Shown: positions 37,230-46,979 of the stretch, piece by piece
Layout: each line of letters opens with the position of its first letter
Numbering within the stretch: position 1 is the stretch's first letter
NCBI GenBank assembly: GCA_031551565.1
Contig: JAVBNM010000003.1
Span: 36,473 to 100,472 of the forward strand
Length of the DNA: 64,000 nucleotides
Direction: 5' to 3'
DNA from: Desulfovibrionaceae bacterium
Lineage (GTDB): Bacteria; Desulfobacterota; Desulfovibrionia; Desulfovibrionales; Desulfovibrionaceae
The notes under the pieces: model-generated
The model's database searches: none
The model's input: the letters and a program-made list of their open reading frames with translations, nothing else
Told to the model about the DNA's origin: nothing
Position numbers and translations under genes: made by a program

Positions 37230-38165
37230 TCATGCGTTTTGCGGTCCCCATTTGTTTTTCAGTGACTCCAGATCCCCGGACAGGAGCTTTTCGTACCAGA
37301 ATTCCACCTGGTTCAGGGTCAGGGCGAGCAGTTTCGCCCGCGATGCCGGGGTTTGCGTCTCCATGAGCAGGGATGTCGCTATGCCGCGCAGTTCCAGAGG
37401 GAAATCGCCGGCAAGGGCGTTGACGTTGCAGCCGATGCCGAGCACGGCCCAGTCCGGCGCGCCGCCGCGCAGCCCGGCCTCGGACAGGATGCCCCCGACC
37501 TTGCGTTTTCCGATCAGCACGTCGTTCGGTTTCTTCGCAAGAGGCCTGGCTGAAGTCGCCAGGGATATGGCCTCGGCCAGGGACAGGACCCCCGCCGGGG
37601 TCAGCCAGTCAAGGTCGCCCGCGGGAAGCTTCGGCCTGAGCAGGATGGAAAACTGCAGGGCGCGCGGGGCCGAGAACCAGTTGTCGGCTTTGCGGCCCCG
37701 GCCAAGCGTCTGGCGTTCGGCTGCCACGATGGCGCCCTCGGGCGCTCCCTTGGCCGCAAGTTCGGCGGCGACGCTGTTCGTGGAGCCGGTTTCAGCCAGG
37801 ATGAGCCAGTCGGTGCGGCCTATGAAGCGGGTAGTCAGGTGTTCCTCGACCAGTTCCCGGCTTAAAGGATCGGCCTTGGCCAGCAGTTTGTAGCCGCGCC
37901 GGGGGGCGGAATCAATGGCGTGGCCGAGATCGCGCAGGACGGCCACCCTTTTGGCGATCGCGGCCCGGCTCACGCCAAGGGCGCGCGACAGCTCCTGGCC
38001 GGAGTGCCAGCCGTCGTGGGATTCGAGGCGGTCCAGTATCAGCTCGGCGCGGTCCGCCTGCTCCGGTCCGTCCGGCTGAATCGCGGACGGGGCTTTCGCT
38101 GTGGCCGGGGCTTTTTCCGCCGCTGCGGCTTTCGTTTTGGCTGCGCCTTTCGCTCTTTCTGACAT
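37230..38165 (-). CDS. birA: Bifunctional biotin ligase/repressor
   Basis: HTH SGQELSRALGVSRAAIAK; ETGSTN, QTLGRGR, KKPNDVL..RKVGGIL and GIGCN motifs. Confidence 0.92.
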   Translation of the reverse strand: MSERAKGAAKTKAAAAEKAPATAKAPSAIQPDGPEQADRAELILDRLESHDGWHSGQELSRALGVSRAAIAKRVAVLRDLGHAIDSAPRRGYKLLAKADPLSRELVEEHLTTRFIGRTDWLILAETGSTNSVAAELAAKGAPEGAIVAAERQTLGRGRKADNWFSAPRALQFSILLRPKLPAGDLDWLTPAGVLSLAEAISLATSARPLAKKPNDVLIGKRKVGGILSEAGLRGGAPDWAVLGIGCNVNALAGDFPLELRGIATSLLMETQTPASRAKLLALTLNQVEFWYEKLLSGDLESLKNKWGPQNA

Positions 38166-38197
38166 TGTAAACCTTGTTTTGCAAAGAATGGTTGACA
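38166..38197. promoter_or_regulatory. BirA operator (bioO)
   Basis: TGTAAACC-N16-GGTTGACA, matching the known bioO architecture, between divergent birA and bioB. Confidence 0.9.
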
Positions 38198-38220
38198 ATA
38201 GGGGGGGGATTTTCTAGGGT
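38192..38220 (+). promoter_or_regulatory. Sigma-70 promoter of the bio operon
   Basis: TTGACA-N17-TAGGGT; the -35 lies inside the operator and the spacer contains G8. Confidence 0.6.
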
Positions 38221-38403
38221 CGCCCTCGTTGATTATCCGTCCATAATTCATCGTCCGGAAAAGGCCGGATTTGCGGCGGGAGAATCAGCAAGGTTTGAGC
38301 CGGACGGCGCCGTGCCGTCCGCGACCGCCTTCAAAGCCGTGGCCGCCCTCAAAGCCATGGGCGCCGCGTTGGCTGAACGTCCGTCAAGCAAGGTTGAATT
38401 GTT

Positions 38404-39390
38404 ATGCCGAAAGATATGACCCGATCCATTTTCAGCGCGGCGGCTGAAGGGCGCCCGCTTGACGCCGGAGACGCCGCGCGGTTGTTCGAATCCTTCCCGG
38501 ACAACCTGCTCGACATCACGGCCGCCGCCGGCATGGCCGCCAGGGCCGCCCACGGCGCGGGAGCGGCCGCGCCCTTCACCTGCGGCATCGTGAACGCCAA
38601 ATCCGGGCGTTGCAGCGAGAATTGCGCGTTTTGCTCCCAATCTTCCTACCACAAGACCAATAGCCCGGTCTACGGCCTGATCGGCGAGAAGGAGCTTTTT
38701 GAGAGGGCCGCGAGGCTCGACGGCGACGGCGTCGACTTCATGGGCATCGTGACCAGCGGGGCCGGTCCGGACGATGATGATTTCGCCGCCATATGCAGGG
38801 TGGCCGGGCGCATCCGCTCAAAGCTCGGCATCAGGCTTTGCGCCTCGCTCGGCGTGCTTGGCCGGGAAAAGGCCAGGGCCCTGAAGGACGCCGGTTTCAC
38901 AAGCTACCACCACAACCTGGAAACCGGGGAGGCGTATTATCCCAAGATATGCACGACCCACGGCTGGCGTCTGCGCTACGAGACGGTCATGCAGGCCAGG
39001 GACGCCGGGCTGCGGGTGTGTTCGGGCGGGATCTTCGGCCTTGGGGAGACGCTCAAGGACCGCCTCGACCTCTCCCTGGCCCTGCGCGAGCTTGATGTTG
39101 ACTGCATACCATTGAATTTTCTGACCCCCATTCCGGGAACCCCGCTTGAAAACAGCGCCGGGCTCCGTGCTGACGAGGCCCTGGCCGTGGTCGCCCTGTT
39201 CAGGCTGATGCACCCCAAAAGGGATATCGTCATTTGCGGCGGCCGGGGGAGCACCTTCGGGCGGTGGGAGAACAGCTTGTTCTTCGCCGGGGCCAACGGC
39301 CTGATGGTCGGGGATTATCTGACCTCAAAGGGCAGCTCTTTCACGGACGACAAAGAGATGCTGCGCCTGCTCGGTGTCTGGAAAAGGTGA
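38404..39390 (+). CDS. bioB: Biotin synthase (radical SAM)
   Basis: NAKSGRCSENCAFCSQS, YHHNLET, VCSGGIFGLGE, IPLNFL.PIPGTP and GDYLT motifs. Confidence 0.95.
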   Translation: MPKDMTRSIFSAAAEGRPLDAGDAARLFESFPDNLLDITAAAGMAARAAHGAGAAAPFTCGIVNAKSGRCSENCAFCSQSSYHKTNSPVYGLIGEKELFERAARLDGDGVDFMGIVTSGAGPDDDDFAAICRVAGRIRSKLGIRLCASLGVLGREKARALKDAGFTSYHHNLETGEAYYPKICTTHGWRLRYETVMQARDAGLRVCSGGIFGLGETLKDRLDLSLALRELDVDCIPLNFLTPIPGTPLENSAGLRADEALAVVALFRLMHPKRDIVICGGRGSTFGRWENSLFFAGANGLMVGDYLTSKGSSFTDDKEMLRLLGVWKR

Positions 39391-39394
39391 TCTT

Positions 39395-41674
39395 ATGAAT
39401 TTGCGCGCCAAACGCTGCCTGTGCGTACTCGGGACCGATACTGACGCTGGAAAGACCGTGGCCGCGGCCGCTCTCGGGCTTTGCGCCTGGAGAACCGGCC
39501 TTGCGGTCGCCGTACTCAAGCCGGTGCAGACCGGCTGCATCCCAACTTCCGACGGCGGCTGCGCCGCGCCGGACCTTGGCGCGTATTTCGACGCCTGCCC
39601 GGATATTGAGGCCGGATGCCTGGTCAGGCTTGAGCCGGCCTGTTCCCCGCACCTGGCCCTGCGTCTGGCCGGGCGGGAGCTGCGGGCGGCGGATCTGGCC
39701 GCCGGCGTGAGGAACTGGATTGAGCGGTCCAAGGCTGACGTGGTCATCATCGAGGGGGCCGGGGGCGTGCTGACGCCCCTGAACGAGAGCGAGAGCATCC
39801 TTGACGCCCTGCGGCATATTGACTGCGAGGTCGTCCTGGTTGCCGCGAACAGGCTGGGGGCGCTTAACCACGCGCTCTTGTCCGTTGAGGCCGTGAAGTC
39901 TCGCGGCATGCGCCTTGCCGGTTTCGTGCTGGCCAACCCCTTGCCGGAGCCGTCCGGAGAAGATTACGGCCTTTGCGGGCGAGGCCGGGCGGATGAAGGC
40001 CCGGGAGCGGATTATGGAACCGGCCGGGAGCGGGGCGCGGACGCCAAGGACGATGACGCGGCGCGTGCGGGTTTTAGAGCGGATGACTCGGCGGACGGGG
40101 AGCCGGGCGCTGGAATGATGGATGAAGCCGCGCTGGCGGCCAGGATCGCGGCGGACAATAAAACCGCTCTGGCCGGGATGGCCGGCCTGCCGTGCATTGC
40201 CGAACTGGCGCATGAGCCGGGCATAAAAAGCCCGGTGCGGGGCGTCAGGCGCGCTGCCTGGTCCAGGCTGGCCTTCTCTTTTGACGGATTTATCAGGGCC
40301 ATGGCCGAAGACACGGTCCCGCGCGGTCCGGGGGCCGGAGCGGGGGGCCAGCCGGACGGCCTGGCCGCGCCGGGCGGGAATATCCCGTCCTGTTCATCGC
40401 GGGCCGAGTTCGACCGGATGCATGTCTGGCATCCGTACTCCCCGGCTGTGCCTTCCCTGCCGGCCTACGAGGCGGACCGGACCGGCGGCTGCCGGATCGT
40501 CCTGCGCGGCGGCGAGAGCCTGGTCGACGGCATGTCCTCGTGGTGGTGCGCGGTCCACGGCTACAATCATCCCCGTCTCATCAGCGCCCTGGCCGGGCAG
40601 GCGGCGCGCATGCCCCACGTCATGTTCGGCGGGCTGACGCACGAGCCGGCGGCGGAACTCGCCAGAAAACTGCTCGAGATGGCCCCGGGACGGATGGAAC
40701 ATTGCTTTTTCGCCGATTCCGGCTCGGTGTCGGTCGAGGTGGCCCTGAAAATGGCCGTGCAGTATCAAAGGGCCGTCGGGAGGCCGGGGAAGGAGAAAAT
40801 CCTCGCGGTGCGCGGCGGCTATCACGGAGACACCTTCGGGGCCATGAGCGTCTGCGACCCGGAAAACGGCATGCACTCGCTGTTCACGGGCGTTCTCGCG
40901 CGGCAGATTTTCGCGCCGAGGCCCGAATGCCGCTTTGATTCGCCCTACGACCCGGCCCCGGCCATGGCGCTTGAGGAAATTTTCGAGCAGAACGCCTCCT
41001 CCATCGCGGCCATGATCATTGAGCCGGTGGTGCAGGGCGCGGGCGGGATGTGGATGTACCATCCGGAATACCTCAAACGCGCGGCGAGCCTTTGCCGGGA
41101 ACACGGCTGCCTGTTGATCCTGGACGAGGTGGCCACGGGATTTGGCCGCACCGGCAGGCTGTTCGCCGCCGAATGGGCGGGCGTTTCCCCGGACATCGCC
41201 TGCGTGGGCAAGGCCCTGACCGGCGGGGTGATGACCCTGGCCGCGGCCATGTGCACCGCCGAGGTGGCTTTGGGCATATCCGCCGAGGGCGGGGCGCTGA
41301 TGCACGGGCCGACCTTCATGGCCAACCCGCTGGCCTGCGCCGTGGCCAACGCCTCGCTCGACATCATCCGCGAAGGCGGCTGGCGCGGGCAGGTGACGGC
41401 GATTGAGGAGAAGCTCAAGGCCGACCTCCTGCCCTGCCGGGATCTGCCCGGAGTGGCCGATGTGCGGGCGCTCGGGGCGATCGGCGTCGTTGAGATGCGC
41501 TCCCCGGTCAATGTGCGGCGTTTGCAGGAATATTTAATCAAACGGCACTCCGTCTGGCTGCGGCCTTTCGGGAGACTGATCTACATAATGCCACCGTACG
41601 TTATCAGCGGCGGCGAGCTTGGCTCGCTCACAGCCGCGATACGCGGGGCGCTTGAGGAAGAACAATGGGCATAG
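39395..41674 (+). CDS. bioD-bioA: Fused dethiobiotin synthase / DAPA aminotransferase (BioD-BioA)
   Basis: BioD: GTDTDAGKT, KPVQTG, IEGAGG, GALNHALL. BioA: WHPY, DGMSSWW, GYHGDT, DEVATGFGRTG, GKALTGG, HGPTFMANP. One continuous frame. Confidence 0.92.
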   Translation: MNLRAKRCLCVLGTDTDAGKTVAAAALGLCAWRTGLAVAVLKPVQTGCIPTSDGGCAAPDLGAYFDACPDIEAGCLVRLEPACSPHLALRLAGRELRAADLAAGVRNWIERSKADVVIIEGAGGVLTPLNESESILDALRHIDCEVVLVAANRLGALNHALLSVEAVKSRGMRLAGFVLANPLPEPSGEDYGLCGRGRADEGPGADYGTGRERGADAKDDDAARAGFRADDSADGEPGAGMMDEAALAARIAADNKTALAGMAGLPCIAELAHEPGIKSPVRGVRRAAWSRLAFSFDGFIRAMAEDTVPRGPGAGAGGQPDGLAAPGGNIPSCSSRAEFDRMHVWHPYSPAVPSLPAYEADRTGGCRIVLRGGESLVDGMSSWWCAVHGYNHPRLISALAGQAARMPHVMFGGLTHEPAAELARKLLEMAPGRMEHCFFADSGSVSVEVALKMAVQYQRAVGRPGKEKILAVRGGYHGDTFGAMSVCDPENGMHSLFTGVLARQIFAPRPECRFDSPYDPAPAMALEEIFEQNASSIAAMIIEPVVQGAGGMWMYHPEYLKRAASLCREHGCLLILDEVATGFGRTGRLFAAEWAGVSPDIACVGKALTGGVMTLAAAMCTAEVALGISAEGGALMHGPTFMANPLACAVANASLDIIREGGWRGQVTAIEEKLKADLLPCRDLPGVADVRALGAIGVVEMRSPVNVRRLQEYLIKRHSVWLRPFGRLIYIMPPYVISGGELGSLTAAIRGALEEEQWA

Positions 41675-43017
41675 CTTTTCTCGTCATCTACGCCGGGCTT
41701 CTCGTTTTCGTGGCCTTTCTCACGGCCAGGAAGCAGTCCCAGGCCGATTTCTACGTCAACAGCCGCCGCAGCAGCGCCCTTGGGGTGGGCATGTCCATCG
41801 TCGTCTCCTGTGTCGGCGCTTCAGCCACGCTCGGGATGATCGGCATGGCCTTTGACGTCGGCGTTCCGGCCGTCTGGTGGCTGGGGGCCGGGAGCCTGGG
41901 GCTGGTCTTGCTTTCGTTGCTGCTGGCCGGAAAGGTCAGGGAGAGCAACGCCCGGACCATGCCCGAGCTTGTGGAGACGTTTCTCGGCAAGCAGGCCAGG
42001 CCGCTGATTTCCGTCCTGATCGTCCTCGCCTGGAGCGCCATCCTGGCCGCCCAGTTCACCGCCCTGCTCAAGGTGCTGCAATCCATGAGCGGGCTGCCCA
42101 CGGCGGCCTGCCTTGGGATCGGCTATCTTTTCGTCGTCCTGCACACCATGGGCGGACAGGCGGCCATTATGAAGGCGGACCGCTTCCAGACCCTGATCCT
42201 TTTCGTGTCCGTGGCGGTGCTGCTTATGGCCCTGTGGGGAGAAAATCCGGGCTGGGCCGGGCTGGTCGAGCTTGAGGCGACCAACAAGGCTTTCCCGCCC
42301 GAGCGTCTGCTCTGGTACGTCCTTGTGGTTGGCGCGAACTATCTGGTTTGCCCGATGCTGTTCGGGCGGCTGCTCAGCGCGAGGGACGGGCGCTCCGCAA
42401 GGCTTGGCGGGCTTCTCGGCGCGGCCGGCATAGCGGTCTGCGCCGTGGTCATCGTCTGCATCGGCCTTTCCCTGCGCGGGATTGTGCCGCCGGGAACAGC
42501 CCCGGACGCCGCCCTGACCACGGCTTTAGCCAAATATGTCCCGGCCTGGCTCAATATTGTCGTATCAATCGCCCTGATCAGCGCGATAGTTTCCTCGGCC
42601 GACTCCTGCCTGGTCACGGCGGCCACGGTACTCAGCCATGACCTTTTGCAAAGGCCGGACCTGAGGACCGCTAAAATCTGTGTGGCCGCCCTGGGCCTGG
42701 CCGGGCTTTTGCTCAGCCTTTGGGGCAAGGGCATTCTCGACTATCTGCTCATGGCCTACGACGTTTACGCCTGCGGCGTTGTGGCCCCGGTTTTCGTCGG
42801 CCTTCTGCTTGTCAGGAAGAGGAGGGTGGACGCCCGCTTCGCCTGCCTGGCCGTGGCCGCCGGGGGAATCCTGGGCGGGCTGTCGGCCCTGACCGGGAAG
42901 AATTTTTACAGCTACATCGGCATGGGCCTGTCCGCCGCCATCGCGCTTTGCGGATCGCGGCTGAAGACGCCGGATTCGCCGTTGGGCCGGGGAACGGCCG
43001 AACCGGGGGCGCGCTGA
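41665..43017 (+). CDS. Sodium:solute symporter (SSS) family transporter
   Basis: About 13 TM segments; DFYVNSRR, TMPELVE..LG and SAIVSSADS..L motifs; overlaps the bioD-bioA stop. Confidence 0.88.
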   Translation: MGIAFLVIYAGLLVFVAFLTARKQSQADFYVNSRRSSALGVGMSIVVSCVGASATLGMIGMAFDVGVPAVWWLGAGSLGLVLLSLLLAGKVRESNARTMPELVETFLGKQARPLISVLIVLAWSAILAAQFTALLKVLQSMSGLPTAACLGIGYLFVVLHTMGGQAAIMKADRFQTLILFVSVAVLLMALWGENPGWAGLVELEATNKAFPPERLLWYVLVVGANYLVCPMLFGRLLSARDGRSARLGGLLGAAGIAVCAVVIVCIGLSLRGIVPPGTAPDAALTTALAKYVPAWLNIVVSIALISAIVSSADSCLVTAATVLSHDLLQRPDLRTAKICVAALGLAGLLLSLWGKGILDYLLMAYDVYACGVVAPVFVGLLLVRKRRVDARFACLAVAAGGILGGLSALTGKNFYSYIGMGLSAAIALCGSRLKTPDSPLGRGTAEPGAR

Positions 43018-43105
43018 GCCGGCAGGCGGTTGAATCAGGTGGCGCGCTGAGCCGGCAGGCGGTTGAATCAGGGAACGGTTGATCCGGCAGGCGCGTTGAA
43101 CCGGG
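43008..43105. repeat. 33-bp tandem repeat (2 near-perfect copies + 1 degenerate)
   Basis: GGCGCGCTGAGCCGGCAGGCGGTTGAATCAGG at 43008 and 43041, followed by a decayed copy. Confidence 0.85.
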
Positions 43106-43538
43106 CGTCTGCCCGGAGAGAGGTCGTTTCGCCGCTGACGGAACCGCCCGATGATTTCGCGGCGGAATTTGACGAAGCCGCCGGACGCGGTGGAATTTGG
43201 CCGCGCGCGCTTTTACGGCCCGCCGCGACAGGCGGCTCCGGGCTGGTTCTGAATCCGGCCCGGCCCTTTACTCCGGAAATTTATTTTTGGGTGTTCATCG
43301 CGCTTTTCCTGTAACGCCGCCGTCTTTTTCCTTTCCGCCTTTTCCATTCAGCCTTGCCCCGGCGCGTGCCCGCCCCTTCGCGCTTCTTTCGCGCCCCCGC
43401 CCCTCTTTTTGCTCAACATCCCGTCCGCCGGATTCCCCCAGCATTTAAATTGCCTAGGGGGGGATTTCCTGCTAATGGGTAGTTCTTGCCATTCGCGCCT
43501 GGGCAGCGGCCAGGACTGGTTTTCTTCATGGAGAAAAT

Positions 43539-44405
43539 ATGTACTTTCAAGACGTTATACTTACATTGCAGAACTTTTGGGCCAAGCGCGGCTGCGTGAT
43601 CCAGCAGCCGTTCGACGTGGAGTGCGGCGCGGGAACGTTCAACCCGGCCACCTTTTTGCGCGTTATCGGGCCGGAGCAGTGGAACGTGGCCTATGTCGAG
43701 CCTTCCAGGCGTCCGACCGACGGGCGCTACGGGGAGAACCCGAACAGGCTGCAGCATTATTTCCAGTTCCAGGTGATTTTAAAGCCTTCGCCGCCCAACG
43801 TGCAGGAACTGTATCTCGAAAGCCTGACCGCGCTCGGAATTTCCCCGGCCAGGCACGACATCCGCTTTGTCGAGGACGACTGGGAATCCCCGACCCTCGG
43901 CGCCTGGGGGCTTGGCTGGGAAGTCTGGCTCAACGGCATGGAAGTGACGCAGTTCACATATTTCCAGCAGGTCGGCGGCATCGATCTCGCGCCGACGAGC
44001 GTTGAATTGACCTACGGGCTTGAGCGGCTGTGCATGTATCTGCAGGAAAAGGAATCGGTCTACGATCTCGCCTGGAACGGCGAGGTCACGTACGGGCAGA
44101 TTTATCATCAGAACGAGGTCGAGCAGTCGCGCTTCAACTTTGAATGCAGCGACCCGGAGATGCTCCTGCGCCATTTCGCGGATTACGAGCGCCAGACCGT
44201 GTCGCTGGTGGAGCGGGGCCTTTTGTGGCCCGCTTACGATTACACGATGAAATGCTCGCATACCTTCAACCTGCTTGACGCGCGCGGGGCGATATCGATC
44301 ACCGAGCGGACCGGGTACATCGGCAGGGTCCGCAATCTGGCCTCACAGGTGGCCAGGCTTTACGCCCAGCAACGGGAGGACATGGGGTATCCCATGCTGA
44401 GATAG
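43539..44405 (+). CDS. glyQ: Glycine-tRNA ligase alpha subunit
   Basis: [35 protein letters not shown] and [12 protein letters not shown] motifs. Confidence 0.98.
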   Translation: MYFQDVILTLQNFWAKRGCVIQQPFDVECGAGTFNPATFLRVIGPEQWNVAYVEPSRRPTDGRYGENPNRLQHYFQFQVILKPSPPNVQELYLESLTALGISPARHDIRFVEDDWESPTLGAWGLGWEVWLNGMEVTQFTYFQQVGGIDLAPTSVELTYGLERLCMYLQEKESVYDLAWNGEVTYGQIYHQNEVEQSRFNFECSDPEMLLRHFADYERQTVSLVERGLLWPAYDYTMKCSHTFNLLDARGAISITERTGYIGRVRNLASQVARLYAQQREDMGYPMLR

Positions 44406-44634
44406 CCGGCCGGCCCCCGCTGTCCGCTGAAGCGGCGGCGAGCCTGCCGCTTCACTGAAGCAGCCGCCCGGCTGTGGCCGCTTTCAAGAACCGGATGACC
44501 CGGCCCGGCCCCTTTCGCGGGCCGCTGGCCGGCGGTGTTCATAAATAACTCGCTTAAAGGGCGCGCGCGGGGGATTTTCCCCGCGGCCTTTGCCCGCAAA
44601 GGCGTTCGCCGCGCCCGGCGCACATGGGAGTAAT

Positions 44635-46755
44635 ATGTTCGCGTTTGTTTTGGAAATAGGCACCGAGGAGTTGCCGGCGCGCTTTCTGGCCAATGCCGAG
44701 GCGGAGCTCGGCCAGAGATTCGGCGCCGCCATGGCCGAAAAAGGCATAGAATTTTCAGGGCTTTCGGTTTGCTCAACGCCGCGGCGGCTCGCCCTCTACA
44801 TAGAGCGGGTGGCCGGACAGTCCACGATGCGCGAGGAGGTCATAACAGGCCCGCCGCTCAAAGCCGCCTATGACGTGGGCGGCAGGCCGACCCCGGCTGT
44901 CGAGGGCTTTGCGAGAAGCCAGGGCGTCGCGGTCGAGGCCCTCTTCAACCTTGATACTGAGAAGGGTGTGTATCTAGCGGTCCGCAAATCCCTTGGCGGC
45001 GAGCCGGCGCTCGGCATCCTGGCCGCGATCTGCCCGGCCGTGATCGCGGCGCTGCCGTTTCCAAAGCGCATGCACTGGGGGAGCGACCCCTTTACCTTCG
45101 CCAGGCCCATCCGCTGGATCCTGGCCATGCTCGGCGACCAGACCGTGCCGTTTTGCCTGGGAGTTCTGCAGTCGGGCGCGTCCACCTGCGGGCACCGCGT
45201 CCACGGTCCCGGCCCGTTCACGCTTGCCAACGCCTCCAGTTATTTCACCGTCTTACGCGAGCAGGGCAAGGTGTCCTGCTCGGCTGAGGAGCGCCTGAAA
45301 ATCATCACCGAGCGGGGCGACCGTCTCGGCGAGGACAAGCAGGGGCGGATTCTCTGGAAAGAGTCGTTGCTTGAGGAGGTTTCCGGGCTTTGCGAGCATC
45401 CGGTGGCGCTTATGGGCGGGTTTGACCCGAGCTTTCTGGAAGTGCCGAGAGAGGTGCTTCTGACCAGTATGGAGAGCCACCAGAAAAGTTTCGGCGTTGA
45501 GAGCAAGGACGGCAGGCTGCTGCCTTATTTTCTGACCGTTCTGAACATCGCGCCCCAGGACGAGGGCGAGGTGCGCCGAGGCTGGGAGAGGGTGCTGCGG
45601 GCCAGGCTGGAAGACGCCCGCTTTTTCTGGAAAACGGACCTTGAGACTGGTTTCGACGCCTGGCTTGAGGCCCTGAACAGCGTCATTTACCTCGCGCCCC
45701 TGGGAAGCATGGGCGACAAATCCCGCCGCATCGAGTCGCTTTGCGCCTGGATCGCCGGAAATATAGCCGTGCCCGGGGGCGAAAAGCCCATCGCCGCCGC
45801 CGCCGCCGCGGACGCCGCCCTGGCCGGGCGTCTTTGCAAGGCGGACCTCGTTTCGGCCATGGTCAAGGAATTCGACACCCTGCAGGGCGTCATGGGCGGC
45901 ATCTACGCCCTGCGCGCCGGCAAGAGCGCGGCGGCCGCGAGGGCGATCGCCGAGCAGTATCTGCCGGCCGGGCCGGACAGCCCCGTGCCCTCAAGCCTGT
46001 GCGGCGCCATTTTATCCATGGCCGACAAGGCCGATACCCTGGTCGGATGTTTTGGCCTGGGCATGATCCCGACGGGCGCGGCCGATCCCTACGCCCTGCG
46101 CCGGGCGGCTCTGGGCATCGCCAGAATCCTCGAGGAAAAGGGGCTGCGCCTTGACGTGTCCGCCCTGTTCAGCGCGGCCCTGGCCGCTTACGGGGACATC
46201 CGCTGGAAGAGCGAGCCGGACCAGTTCATGCACCGCTTAAACGATTTCTTCGCCTCAAGGCTAAAGAACTATTTCACGGGCAAGGGCGCGGAGACGCTGC
46301 TGGTCGAGGCCGTGCTTGGCGCCGATTCGGCCGATGTCAAGGGCGCGGCCGGACGCCTGGCCGCCCTGGCTGAGTTTGCCCGGGCCGACGATTTCGGCCA
46401 GGCCGTTCTGACCTTCAAGCGGGCCGCGAACATCATCCGCAAGCAGGGGCAGGAGGAAGGCCAGGCCCCGCTGGACGGCCTTTACGAGCGCGCCCTGTTC
46501 CAGGACGAGGCCGAGGCCGCCCTGGCCGACGAGATCGAGCGCGTGGCCCCGGTCTTCAACGAGCTTTGGGACAAGGAAGCCTATGGCGAGCTGTTCGGGC
46601 TGCTCAGGCGGCTGCGTCCTTTTGTCGACGCCTTTTTCGACCAGGTCATGGTCATGTGCAAGGAGGAGGATCTGCGCCGCAACAGACTGAACCTGCTCCA
46701 GGCCCTCGTCTCGCGCCTGGGCAGGCTGGCTGATTTCTCGGCCCTGCAGATGTGA
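44635..46755 (+). CDS. glyS: Glycine-tRNA ligase beta subunit
   Basis: LEIGTEELPA, STPRRL, PKRMHWG, RLEDARFF, GAADPYALRR and RRNRLNLL motifs. Confidence 0.96.
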   Translation: MFAFVLEIGTEELPARFLANAEAELGQRFGAAMAEKGIEFSGLSVCSTPRRLALYIERVAGQSTMREEVITGPPLKAAYDVGGRPTPAVEGFARSQGVAVEALFNLDTEKGVYLAVRKSLGGEPALGILAAICPAVIAALPFPKRMHWGSDPFTFARPIRWILAMLGDQTVPFCLGVLQSGASTCGHRVHGPGPFTLANASSYFTVLREQGKVSCSAEERLKIITERGDRLGEDKQGRILWKESLLEEVSGLCEHPVALMGGFDPSFLEVPREVLLTSMESHQKSFGVESKDGRLLPYFLTVLNIAPQDEGEVRRGWERVLRARLEDARFFWKTDLETGFDAWLEALNSVIYLAPLGSMGDKSRRIESLCAWIAGNIAVPGGEKPIAAAAAADAALAGRLCKADLVSAMVKEFDTLQGVMGGIYALRAGKSAAAARAIAEQYLPAGPDSPVPSSLCGAILSMADKADTLVGCFGLGMIPTGAADPYALRRAALGIARILEEKGLRLDVSALFSAALAAYGDIRWKSEPDQFMHRLNDFFASRLKNYFTGKGAETLLVEAVLGADSADVKGAAGRLAALAEFARADDFGQAVLTFKRAANIIRKQGQEEGQAPLDGLYERALFQDEAEAALADEIERVAPVFNELWDKEAYGELFGLLRRLRPFVDAFFDQVMVMCKEEDLRRNRLNLLQALVSRLGRLADFSALQM

Positions 46756-46979
46756 GGAGCGGGGCGTTTCGCGGCGGATGCGGGGCGGCGGGCGCCGCGC
46801 CGGGATCGCCAGACCTCGGGCTGTCCGGGCGACGGGGGATCGCAGGGGCGAGATGTCCGTCCGGGGGCGGACGGGAGGCAGGCGGGCCTCATGGCGGGGC
46901 GCGCGTAAGGACCAGTTGAGTGCGAAGAGAGCCGGGCCTCAGGGCCAGCCGAACGCGAAAGGGACCGGAGGACCGGGCC

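Noticed and set aside
43008-43105. Possible CRISPR array (also 15577-15638)
   Set aside because: The units are directly adjacent with no unique spacers, and no cas genes are present.
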